This document shows, piece after piece, positions 15,050-22,642 of a stretch of 28,623 bases of DNA. Position 1 is the first letter of the stretch, and every line of letters starts with the position of its first letter. This DNA comes from a virus (lineage: Duplodnaviria; Caudoviricetes): the IMG/VR virus record IMGVR_UViG_3300017903_003153, positions 1 to 28,623 of that record; one strand, given 5' to 3'. Under the pieces are notes generated by a model. The model saw nothing but the letters and a program-made list of their open reading frames with translations, did no database searches and was not told the DNA's origin. A program made the translations under genes and the position numbers.

Positions 15050-15529
15050 GTGCCCAAACCACGGACATGGGCAGAACAAGACTTGAGGTTGGCTGTTGCT
15101 GAGTCGACTTCTCTTCGCCAGGTGCTGAGCAAGCTTGGTCTTAAGGAAGCAGGTGGGAACTACACAACCATTCGCAACGCAATTAATAAGTTTTGTATCG
15201 ACACCAGCCATTTTAGGGGTCAGGCTTGGAACAAAGGTCTCACGAACATAAGAACTGGTCCTCAAAGACCCATATCTGTTTTTCTTGAAGATGGTGTTCC
15301 GATCCAGTCCTACAAATTAAAACACAAGATTTTGATGGAAAGACTGCTTCCCAGAAAATGTGCGGGCTGTGGACTTAAACGTTGGAGAGGAAAACCAATT
15401 CCACTTGAGCTCGAGCACAAGGATGGCAATAACTCAAATAACAGCCTTGACAATTTAGAGTTGCTTTGTCCTAACTGTCACGCCCAGACAGCCACGTATC
15501 GAGGCCTGAACATACGACGAGCTGCGTAG
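15050..15529 (+). CDS. tRNA-adjacent HNH homing-type endonuclease
   Basis: N-terminal HTH-like SLRQVLSKLGL..GGNY; CAGC..LELEHKDGNNSNNSLDNLELLCPNCHAQT. Confidence 0.9.
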   Translation: MPKPRTWAEQDLRLAVAESTSLRQVLSKLGLKEAGGNYTTIRNAINKFCIDTSHFRGQAWNKGLTNIRTGPQRPISVFLEDGVPIQSYKLKHKILMERLLPRKCAGCGLKRWRGKPIPLELEHKDGNNSNNSLDNLELLCPNCHAQTATYRGLNIRRAA

Positions 15530-15629
15530 TCGTTCATAAAACTTAACCTTGAGCAGCTCTGGTGACCCTTCTGCTCCGATATATTCCTAATCGTGGCCCC
15601 TTGGGGTCTGGTCCTGACTGCACATAACA

Positions 15630-15848
15630 ATGGCAAGAATTCCTTCCGAGTGGGCGTCGTCTTCTGATGTCGCTCGTCATTTCGGTATTAGTACACGTCA
15701 TCTTCGATCATTGCGTCGAGAATGGGAGGAACGTGGTCTGCTCCTCGAGGGCAAGCACTTTTGGCAATTTTCTCCTCGTGTTATTCGTTTTGACTTAGAT
15801 GCTATGTCGAAACTTGCCCATAGTCAGGGCAGGATCATCCGACCTTAG
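15630..15848 (+). CDS. Excisionase/MerR-like winged-HTH DNA-binding protein
   Basis: SSSDVARHFGISTRHLR..GLLLEGKHF..IRFDL; converges on the recombinase. Confidence 0.75.
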   Translation: MARIPSEWASSSDVARHFGISTRHLRSLRREWEERGLLLEGKHFWQFSPRVIRFDLDAMSKLAHSQGRIIRP

Positions 15849-17085
15849 CTTTTTTACGAACGTACAAATGCAACTCTCTCGCATAGGTCTTTTCGATCAT
15901 GCTTGCTGAGTTTCCAACTGCCGCTGCACAAGTTGCTGCTGTGTGAAGACCAGTAATAAGGCTTACTGAGCAGTAGCGATGTCGCAAATCCGTTGCGCTC
16001 ACACCCATCTTTTCCTTGACTGCTCGAGAAAGTTCGGATGAGCGCAACTCCCATTTTCTATTTAAGTCACCTTGAGGCCTCTTCCCGAATACAAATAATT
16101 CTTCGTAATTCTTGGGCCGCCAGTCGCTTAGATCAATCAGCTCCCCATTTTTAAACGGGCATGGAACCGCGCAGCACCCATAGTTGTTTTTGGTCGCCCA
16201 GTAACTTACATATCCAGTTTCCTTGTCGTAGGTCTCCCAGTCCGATGAGTAAATCTGCATAATCCTGTGCCCGTAGATGGCAATGGCATAGATGTGCTTT
16301 TTCAAATCCTCGTCCTGTATAGCGTTCAGCCTTTCCCACAGCACCTCGTCATCAGGAATCCTCAGCCTGCTTTGTGGCTCGTACTGATAAGCAGGTTTTT
16401 GGTTTTCGCGGACTCCTAACGGTTGCCCGAGGTGTTCACAAACTTTTTTCATGATGTCGAATGCGTTTCTATAGCTCTTCCTCCTTCGGTCTCCGTAGAA
16501 GTCCAGCAGGGCATCAGCGCAAACTTCCAGTGAAATATTTCTTGATTCTTCGGCTGCCCATGCGAAGCAGATGTCCAGCCAGCGGAGATGGTATCTCAAG
16601 CTTGTATCACGAATTCTCATCGTTCCACATCGATCTATTAAATATGCCTTTGCTTTTTTCTGCAAATTCTTCTGAGCTAGCGGACTGAATGCCAGGGCTG
16701 TCCTGTCGTAGCTCTCAAGATTCCTGCGCGTGTCCCTCCCGAGCTGCCCCAAGGCGATCAAATCTTCCGCTTCTTTTAGCGCTTGAGTCAGGGAATCCTG
16801 AATCCTGTTCGGCCTGAGAGGGGTGTGCAGTCTTCTCGAGGTCTCCTTTTCATTCCCCTTCCAAAGGCCATCAAGGTCGATCGCGTGATGACCGTTCTCA
16901 TTAGGCCTTGCTTTGACCCGCAACCTGCACCGCTTATCGGCAATGTACAGGTGGCTCTGATGCCTCAGGTATTTGTTCGCTGCTTTTAGCTCCTTATTCC
17001 AAGAGGTAGTCATAGCCTGAAACCAATCTGTCGAGACTCTACCAAACTCGTCTACCAATTTCCCCGCTCTTCCCCCTTTCTTCAC
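15835..17085 (-). CDS. Tyrosine recombinase/integrase with non-canonical catalytic set
   Basis: YGHR (box I Arg), ATK, TDLRHRY (HxxR reads TxxR), VGNS (GH reads GN), KTY nucleophile. Confidence 0.75.
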   Translation of the reverse strand: MKKGGRAGKLVDEFGRVSTDWFQAMTTSWNKELKAANKYLRHQSHLYIADKRCRLRVKARPNENGHHAIDLDGLWKGNEKETSRRLHTPLRPNRIQDSLTQALKEAEDLIALGQLGRDTRRNLESYDRTALAFSPLAQKNLQKKAKAYLIDRCGTMRIRDTSLRYHLRWLDICFAWAAEESRNISLEVCADALLDFYGDRRRKSYRNAFDIMKKVCEHLGQPLGVRENQKPAYQYEPQSRLRIPDDEVLWERLNAIQDEDLKKHIYAIAIYGHRIMQIYSSDWETYDKETGYVSYWATKNNYGCCAVPCPFKNGELIDLSDWRPKNYEELFVFGKRPQGDLNRKWELRSSELSRAVKEKMGVSATDLRHRYCSVSLITGLHTAATCAAAVGNSASMIEKTYARELHLYVRKKAKVG

Positions 17086-17123
17086 CTATCAACCACCGCT
17101 CCATTCCTCCTCGCTTCCTAACT

Positions 17124-17235
17124 AGATCCCAGTTGCACAAAGGGTTCTCGTTCGGTACAAAGGGCTGAACCTCATTTCAGTCTCGGAATGCACCCGCTTT
17201 TAAGTCGTTTGCAATTACGACCAACACTGGGATCT
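17124..17235. repeat. 10-bp inverted repeat AGATCCCAGT/ACTGGGATCT enclosing ACAAAGGG direct repeats
   Basis: IR arms 17124-17133 and 17226-17235; DRs 17137-17144 and 17157-17164. Confidence 0.7.
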
Positions 17236-17246
17236 CAGCGGCGTTT

Positions 17247-17260
17247 GGTAGACGTCTACC
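17247..17260. promoter_or_regulatory. Perfect 14-bp palindrome GGTAGACGTCTACC next to a TACGAT -10 (17263-17268)
   Basis: Seen directly; operator role is inferred. Confidence 0.5.
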
Positions 17261-17270
17261 GATACGATTC

Positions 17271-17600
17271 GGGTTGGAGCTTTGGACCACGTGAGAAGCA
17301 CTGGGACTTTGTTCCCTGTCAAAGCAGCTCTTGGGTCCAGACCTCGCTTGAGCCCGAGCACAAGCACCTGTGGACCCGTCGTCGCTCCTCTGCTAAAACT
17401 GAAGCATGGACGTAGGTCCTACTAACTCGGGATCCCAGAGGCACTCCCTCCAGGCCGGTGTAACGCAGTGACGCCTCCCTTCGGGGAGTTCCACAGGACA
17501 CGGCTAATAACCGGTCCAAAAGCGGTGAAGCCGAGATTGTTCCTGGATAACACCCACAAACCTGCTTCTCAAAAGGATGCAGGACCCACCCCGAAACACC
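17271..17600 (+). ncRNA. Candidate large structured ncRNA of unknown family
   Basis: More than 10 mutually compatible helices, a C(UUCG)G tetraloop, two potential pseudoknots, upstream -10, downstream terminator-like stem. Confidence 0.6.
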
Positions 17601-17601
17601 A

Positions 17602-17643
17602 GGAGCCCCCATCGCCCTTCGCCGGGACTGGGGGTTCTGCTTT
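17602..17643. terminator. GC-rich stem between the ncRNA candidate and the convergent operon
   Basis: GGAGCCCCCA/TGGGGGTTCT followed by GCTTT. Confidence 0.55.
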
Positions 17644-17896
17644 AGGAGCGGTACTTGGCCGTCTTCTTAGCCACGTCCTCAGGCTGCTTGGAGTGCTGCT
17701 GACCCTTGCGAGCCGCTGCACGCTTCTTGGCGCTTGAGCGGGCGTACTCCTTGTCGGAGAGTGCTTCACGAGCCTTACGGGGTAGGTAACGCTCTCCTGT
17801 TGCGTCCTTGCCCTGAGTGGAGTTCTTGCCGCTCTTGGTGCCCCAGTCCTCCTTGGTCCAGGAATCAAGACTTTTTTGGGAGCCCTTCTTGGCCAT
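17642..17896 (-). CDS. Basic protein (SLDSWTKEDWGTKSG..GERYLP), C-terminal-half partner of DUF5872-like proteins
   Basis: ATG 17896 overlaps the upstream TGA; recognisable motif. Confidence 0.75.
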   Translation of the reverse strand: MAKKGSQKSLDSWTKEDWGTKSGKNSTQGKDATGERYLPRKAREALSDKEYARSSAKKRAAARKGQQHSKQPEDVAKKTAKYRS

Positions 17897-18081
17897 CAGT
17901 CCCGGTAGCCTCCACCCTTCTCTTTGTAACGTTTCGCAAGCATTTGAGCTTTGCGGGCAGACCACTGACCTGGCTTACCGCCTTTACCACCAGCTTTGAT
18001 TGATTCAAACAGGCGCTTTCTCATGCCAGGTTTTGTGTAGTTACCTGCTTCATTTACTTTGGAATCTTTTTTTTCAGCCAT
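17896..18081 (-). CDS. DUF5872-like basic protein
   Basis: YTKPGMRKRL..GGKPGQWSARKAQMLAKRYKEKGGGY. Confidence 0.8.
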   Translation of the reverse strand: MAEKKDSKVNEAGNYTKPGMRKRLFESIKAGGKGGKPGQWSARKAQMLAKRYKEKGGGYRD

Positions 18082-18230
18082 CACTTTTGCCTCTTAGACA
18101 TAACTTCCTTCATCTTCTTATCTTTAAATGATTGAGCAGCGGGTTGTTTGGCTGCATCACGCATTGGCTCTTCTTTGTCACCGTCCTTATCCATGTCGAG
18201 GAAATCAGGCTTAGAGTTATGTCCGGGCAT
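18081..18230 (-). CDS. 49-aa protein with a DxDxDG Ca-binding-type loop (KPDFLDMDKDGDKEEPM), not in ORF track
   Basis: Translated by hand; TGATG overlaps at both ends. Confidence 0.75.
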   Translation of the reverse strand: MPGHNSKPDFLDMDKDGDKEEPMRDAAKQPAAQSFKDKKMKEVMSKRQK

Positions 18231-18475
18231 CAGTCTTTGTTGATAATGTTTTTGTAGAAGTTGGCCTTCTTCTTCATTTTAGGTGATGCATTTGGGTCTT
18301 TTAAAACTTCATTTGCATAAGCTTTACGACCCTCTGGTGTATCCGGATGTCCTGCTTTTGTGGCTGCAGCAGTAAAGGTTCCCTTAGTTCCACCCTTCTT
18401 ACGGTGGCTCATTTTCTTAAAAGCCTTGGCTAAACCCTTAGCTTTTTTACGCTGCTTCATCATTCTATCCAACAA
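18230..18475 (-). CDS. Lys-rich small protein (true start may be ATG 18463)
   Basis: KGTFTAAATKAG..AYANEVLK..KKANFYKN. Confidence 0.7.
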   Translation of the reverse strand: MLDRMMKQRKKAKGLAKAFKKMSHRKKGGTKGTFTAAATKAGHPDTPEGRKAYANEVLKDPNASPKMKKKANFYKNIINKD

Positions 18476-18751
18476 TTACCACTTAACTTTATGTGACCAA
18501 TAACGAGCTGATAATTTGCTCGGACTGGAATCCTGAGCATTATGTCGTGCGTGATAAGATTTCTTCCTTGCTTTGTCTTTTTCAGTCTTTGGATTTTTTC
18601 CAGCACCTTTCACACCTTGCTGACCAAAACGAATCAACTTTTCCTTATTACCAACCTTGGCAAGCACAGCGTGCGATTTAGTCGGATGGTTTGGTGTCTT
18701 CTTGGGCTTGTTAAAACCGGAGAAAACTTCACCTGCTTTTCTGATAGACAT
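18476..18751 (-). CDS. Basic phage protein of the RFG..ARH..SARYWS family
   Basis: KLIRFGQQG..ARKKSYHARH..LSARYWSHKVKW. Confidence 0.8.
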   Translation of the reverse strand: MSIRKAGEVFSGFNKPKKTPNHPTKSHAVLAKVGNKEKLIRFGQQGVKGAGKNPKTEKDKARKKSYHARHNAQDSSPSKLSARYWSHKVKW

Positions 18752-18752
18752 A

Positions 18753-19670
18753 TTAGATACCTGGGAACATTATTTCATTAAGTGATTTACTTTCGCTGAT
18801 GGGCGTGTCAACTGTACGAATTAAATCTCCAATAGATAGAACGCGACTTGCTGCTTCTGCTGCTTCTTTGAGGCGTCTATTTGTTTTCCATTCTGCAAGC
18901 AGATCGTTATCCAATTGACGGTCTCGACCACGTACAAGATCAGCTGTCATTTCATGTGGATCAAAGTCATCTCGTGCGTCTGACCACATCTTTGCAGTAC
19001 GATCAAATTGTTCGTATTTAAGACGTCTATACTCAGCAGCTTGAGCGGGAGGGAGAAGACTTAAATAGTCAACCAAACGGTTGTTACCTTCATCATAAAA
19101 ACTCTGACCTGATTTATGCTGAGCCCGAGCGGCCATATTCATCAGTTCAGACTCGGTATCATATTTAAAATCAACGTCTTGCTTAAATGTATTTCTAACT
19201 GTCCTTGACCTAGGGTTAGGATTGTTTCGATTAGCTCTTTCTTTCCATTCAGCTTCAATCGGATCCCACGTTTCGATTGATTCACGGATGGCACCAGTGC
19301 GTTGTAAGATTCTATTGACTTCATCCTTGGACATTCGTCCATACCCATGGACACTTGGGCGGTTCCATACTTTCTGCCTCTTCCGCGCAGGCTGACGCAG
19401 CATCCGATTTATCGGTAAAGGCTTCAAGCCTGCAATAAGAATCTCACTATCAGCTTCTGACAGCGGTGATTGAGGCGATAAAAGGTATCGATATTTCTCT
19501 TGTTCTTGGTAAGGATAGTAAGGACCATCATCAGGTGATCCAGGAATATAAATATCATCGGCATCAATCCTGACAGGCGGATTTTCATCGCCGTTTTTAA
19601 TATCAAAATTGATCGGATCTACACCTAGACCCCTAAGGTCTAAACCAATACTGAATCCAGCGGGTCTCAT
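18753..19670 (-). CDS. Hypothetical protein (305 aa)
   Basis: Long ORF; ATGA overlap with upstream gene. Confidence 0.75.
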   Translation of the reverse strand: MRPAGFSIGLDLRGLGVDPINFDIKNGDENPPVRIDADDIYIPGSPDDGPYYPYQEQEKYRYLLSPQSPLSEADSEILIAGLKPLPINRMLRQPARKRQKVWNRPSVHGYGRMSKDEVNRILQRTGAIRESIETWDPIEAEWKERANRNNPNPRSRTVRNTFKQDVDFKYDTESELMNMAARAQHKSGQSFYDEGNNRLVDYLSLLPPAQAAEYRRLKYEQFDRTAKMWSDARDDFDPHEMTADLVRGRDRQLDNDLLAEWKTNRRLKEAAEAASRVLSIGDLIRTVDTPISESKSLNEIMFPGI

Positions 19671-19945
19671 TTTGCTTCCTCACCCATCACAAAATCCATT
19701 TCTGCGTGCATCAAGTCACTGAGGTTTGAGACCTGAGCACAGCAACTCATGATTAGGCCACGCTGATTTGGAGTTAAGTTCTCTGCATCTACTGCATCTT
19801 CAGAAAGCACGTTTGAAATATCACCGAGGCACATCACAATTGCTGGCATACCCCATCGTTCAACAAGTGAGGACATCGCAGACAGTAATGGATTATCACC
19901 ATTTTCTACTGCATTCCAAAATTTTTTACGCTCCTCAGGTGTCAT
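19667..19945 (-). CDS. Hypothetical helical protein (92 aa)
   Basis: TAGAAT at 19966-19971 upstream. Confidence 0.75.
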   Translation of the reverse strand: MTPEERKKFWNAVENGDNPLLSAMSSLVERWGMPAIVMCLGDISNVLSEDAVDAENLTPNQRGLIMSCCAQVSNLSDLMHAEMDFVMGEEAK

Positions 19946-20036
19946 ATTAAAAATCCCCCTAACTTATTCTAAACGACTTTAAGATTCAGCGTATGAGGGT
20001 GATTTATGTGGAACTAAACTGAGATGGAAGGATCGA

Positions 20037-22031
20037 TCAACACTCCTTTAAGGAATCTATTTCGATAGCTAAATCATCAACATTTCTCTTGAGCTCTTTA
20101 ATTGACTCAATTAACAATCCGACCATATTGCCATATGCAACAGACTTGATGCCCTCTTCGTTCTCTTGAACAACTTCCGGTAAAACTTTTTCTACTTCTT
20201 GGGCGATAACGCCGGATTGCCGATTCTTATTTGTTAAATCTATTCTGTTATATGTAACACCTCGAAGTGTAGAAATCTTTTTCAAGGCATCGGGAATTAC
20301 TTTGATGTTTTCCTTTAACCTTATGTCGGAATAAGCGGTGATATTTCCAACATGTGTCAAACCAACCCTTGTAATCGTGCATATATCAGTATAAGTGCCG
20401 GTGTCCGACCTTTTGAATTTGAATCCATAGCTGTCACTGTTGAGATATTCAACAAAATTATGATAGTGACCTGCTGAGACTGATGGACTGCTGGTGGATC
20501 CCGTTACATCTGCACGAATTGTATGAAAATGATTGTTGTTGGGAAACCCTTTTATCCATCCATAAGTACTACCTCCTCCACTATTAAGTGTTAAAACACC
20601 GAATAATTCGGTCGATCCTCTCACCTCAAGTGCATTTGCGGTTGACTGGATATGATTTGGATATGTTCCTGTTGCTCCAACAAGAACGCCATTACTAAAT
20701 ACTCTTACTGGAGTTATGCCGTTCCATCCTGCGATTCCTCTATGCGGATTACAGTCTGTATTTGTGCCATAACCGCCACCAGAGAATCCGACATCGAGCC
20801 ATCTACCTTGACCTGTTGTGCCTACAACAATTTGTTCATTTGAATCGTAGCCGTTGTGTATAAACTGAATAGTAGGTCCGTGATTTGAGTTGGTTGTAAC
20901 TGTATGGTTTAAACTTAAACATGGATACTGACCAGTTGCTTGTATGATAGGCCTTAAATTAGTGTCTCGTACTGTAAATTGGGGACTAGAATTGCCAACA
21001 GTAATTTCATTTCCATAACTGCCACTAGCTCCGGCATTAAGATACATGGCACGGACACCTGAACCATAAATGGTGCCTGTGTTGTGGTACAGATTAACAG
21101 TTCCGCTATTGAAAGCAAACTTGAGTAAATTAGTCGTATCGTGATAAATACCGACATGGGAATAACCATTTCTATGTAAACCTATTCCACTAGTTCCGCT
21201 TGTTGCTCTTATTTCAAGTTGAAGGCCAGCATAATAGTTACTGGGTGTTGGGATGTTTCTGTTTAATACAAGAGTGCGGTCTGCATTTGGACTTATTTCT
21301 ATTGTTCCAGTTGTAGTATCACTGGCATCAGACCTTAAAAACTGAGTGCTATCAAGTCCATCTAGTGTTTGTGCATTGCCTCCATCTGCACTAGTGATAT
21401 ACCCAGCATCATTAGTAAAAGCACTGACAACAGTGGGGTTAACTTGTGCTCCACTGGCAATGTTATTCAGTTTATTGAGCAGTGCATCAGTGAATGCATT
21501 AGTATCAGCTTCTGATTCATATAGCGATTTTATCTCTGCACTTGTTTGGTCGGCAGTTGCTCCAGTTTCAATGCCATCTAATTTCGTCTTGTCTGCAGTA
21601 CTCATCGATGACAAAGCCCACGATAAGTTACCAGACCCGTCTGTTGTCAGGACTTGACTATTACTCCCTGCTGAGTTTGGGAGAGTCAGTGTGTAAGAAG
21701 CAGTGGCACTAGTCGGGGGTGCCTTAATGTTTACAGCATATAAATCAGTCTCACAGCTCAAGGTGAGTTTGCCTGCACCGTTTGTCGAATCACCTTTGAT
21801 TTTGACGTTTCCATCGAAATTAACGTCACCTGTAAATGTAGTTCCAGCTACTTTGGCATAGGAATCTAATATTCTAATTACAGAACCACTACTATCTTTG
21901 ATAAACAATTGTGGATCCGTAGAGTTGTAGTTGATTGCCAACTCACCATAATCCAGCTGGGCAGAACTAGGGGCACGCGAGGTGGTTGCGTTGTTTAAAG
22001 CACTACTTCGCTTCAGCTGGATCTTAGTCAT
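20037..22031 (-). CDS. Tail fibre protein with C-terminal peptidase S74 intramolecular chaperone
   Basis: N-terminal KIQLKRS..LDYGELAINY; DGLDSTQFLRSD; AYSDIRLKENI..GVIAQEVE. Confidence 0.9.
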   Translation of the reverse strand: MTKIQLKRSSALNNATTSRAPSSAQLDYGELAINYNSTDPQLFIKDSSGSVIRILDSYAKVAGTTFTGDVNFDGNVKIKGDSTNGAGKLTLSCETDLYAVNIKAPPTSATASYTLTLPNSAGSNSQVLTTDGSGNLSWALSSMSTADKTKLDGIETGATADQTSAEIKSLYESEADTNAFTDALLNKLNNIASGAQVNPTVVSAFTNDAGYITSADGGNAQTLDGLDSTQFLRSDASDTTTGTIEISPNADRTLVLNRNIPTPSNYYAGLQLEIRATSGTSGIGLHRNGYSHVGIYHDTTNLLKFAFNSGTVNLYHNTGTIYGSGVRAMYLNAGASGSYGNEITVGNSSPQFTVRDTNLRPIIQATGQYPCLSLNHTVTTNSNHGPTIQFIHNGYDSNEQIVVGTTGQGRWLDVGFSGGGYGTNTDCNPHRGIAGWNGITPVRVFSNGVLVGATGTYPNHIQSTANALEVRGSTELFGVLTLNSGGGSTYGWIKGFPNNNHFHTIRADVTGSTSSPSVSAGHYHNFVEYLNSDSYGFKFKRSDTGTYTDICTITRVGLTHVGNITAYSDIRLKENIKVIPDALKKISTLRGVTYNRIDLTNKNRQSGVIAQEVEKVLPEVVQENEEGIKSVAYGNMVGLLIESIKELKRNVDDLAIEIDSLKEC

Positions 22032-22071
22032 TGAATGTCAACACTTCGCCCTTCTTAAATTTTATCGTGGA

Positions 22072-22416
22072 CTAGGTGTTGAGCCAAGGAAGCGCATTTT
22101 CATCGGCGACCTTGACCTGCCTTTCACTATCAATGGACTCTTTGATCTGATCAAGAATGTGCTGCTTGTATTGAGGATCAGCACCAAGTACATCCTCAAT
22201 CCAGGAGATGAGCTGTTTTTCTTGGAGTTCTGAGTATGGAATAAATGTTAAACTATCAAGTTGAGTAAGATCCTCAATTGGCGTACCACCCTGAAAATGA
22301 GCCACATAGCCATCAGGAGATGTAGCGGTTAATCGCCAGCTGACATGAGTAACAACATCGTTAAAGTCATCAACATCTTGACGTTTTAAGCCAGTGATGT
22401 GAATTGTATACTTCAT
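22072..22416 (-). CDS. Tail-fibre-associated protein
   Basis: VVTHVSWRLTA..FIPYSELQEKQLISWI..LPW, a pattern common beside fibre genes. Confidence 0.7.
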   Translation of the reverse strand: MKYTIHITGLKRQDVDDFNDVVTHVSWRLTATSPDGYVAHFQGGTPIEDLTQLDSLTFIPYSELQEKQLISWIEDVLGADPQYKQHILDQIKESIDSERQVKVADENALPWLNT

Positions 22417-22610
22417 TCCTCTTCAGATTCAGGAGGTGCTTGATCATTTTCTTCAGCCTTTTTAAGAGAACTCAAATACTCGATAATACCGCTATATTTG
22501 AGAAACATTTCCTTTTTTTGCTCCATTGTGGACTGAAGTTCATTGAGTTCAGCAGCAAGAGCCTTGCGAGCTTCAATAACAGTTTCGAGGTTTTTATTGT
22601 GATCAACCAT
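22413..22610 (-). CDS. Small coiled-coil protein (possible fibre chaperone)
   Basis: Heptads ending GIIEYL; TAGAAT at 22633-22638. Confidence 0.7.
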   Translation of the reverse strand: MVDHNKNLETVIEARKALAAELNELQSTMEQKKEMFLKYSGIIEYLSSLKKAEENDQAPPESEEE

Positions 22611-22642
22611 GTTTAATGTTTTGGCTATATAGATTCTACCAC

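Noticed and set aside
14874-15265. ORFs overlapping the tRNA (14874-15068, 14884-15102, 14945-15265)
   Set aside because: Explained by the tRNA-Leu and the HNH gene
17326-17377. HDV-like/theta ribozyme (ACCTCG loop, GGGTCCA/TGGACCC as P2)
   Set aside because: P1 gives only 4 bp, there is no P1.1 G after it and no C-N-AA J4/2; the alternative helices fit better
17395-17535. Hammerhead (CTGAAG..GGAC/GTCC) or twister (CCGGTCCAAAAGCGG) ribozyme
   Set aside because: Missing the CUGANGA/GAAA core; twister pseudoknot partners and P1/P2 arrangement not found
17188-17868. ORFs 17188-17415, 17319-17612, 17468-17737 and 17569-17868
   Set aside because: No RBS or recognisable motifs, mutually overlapping, and expected by chance in GC-rich structured sequence
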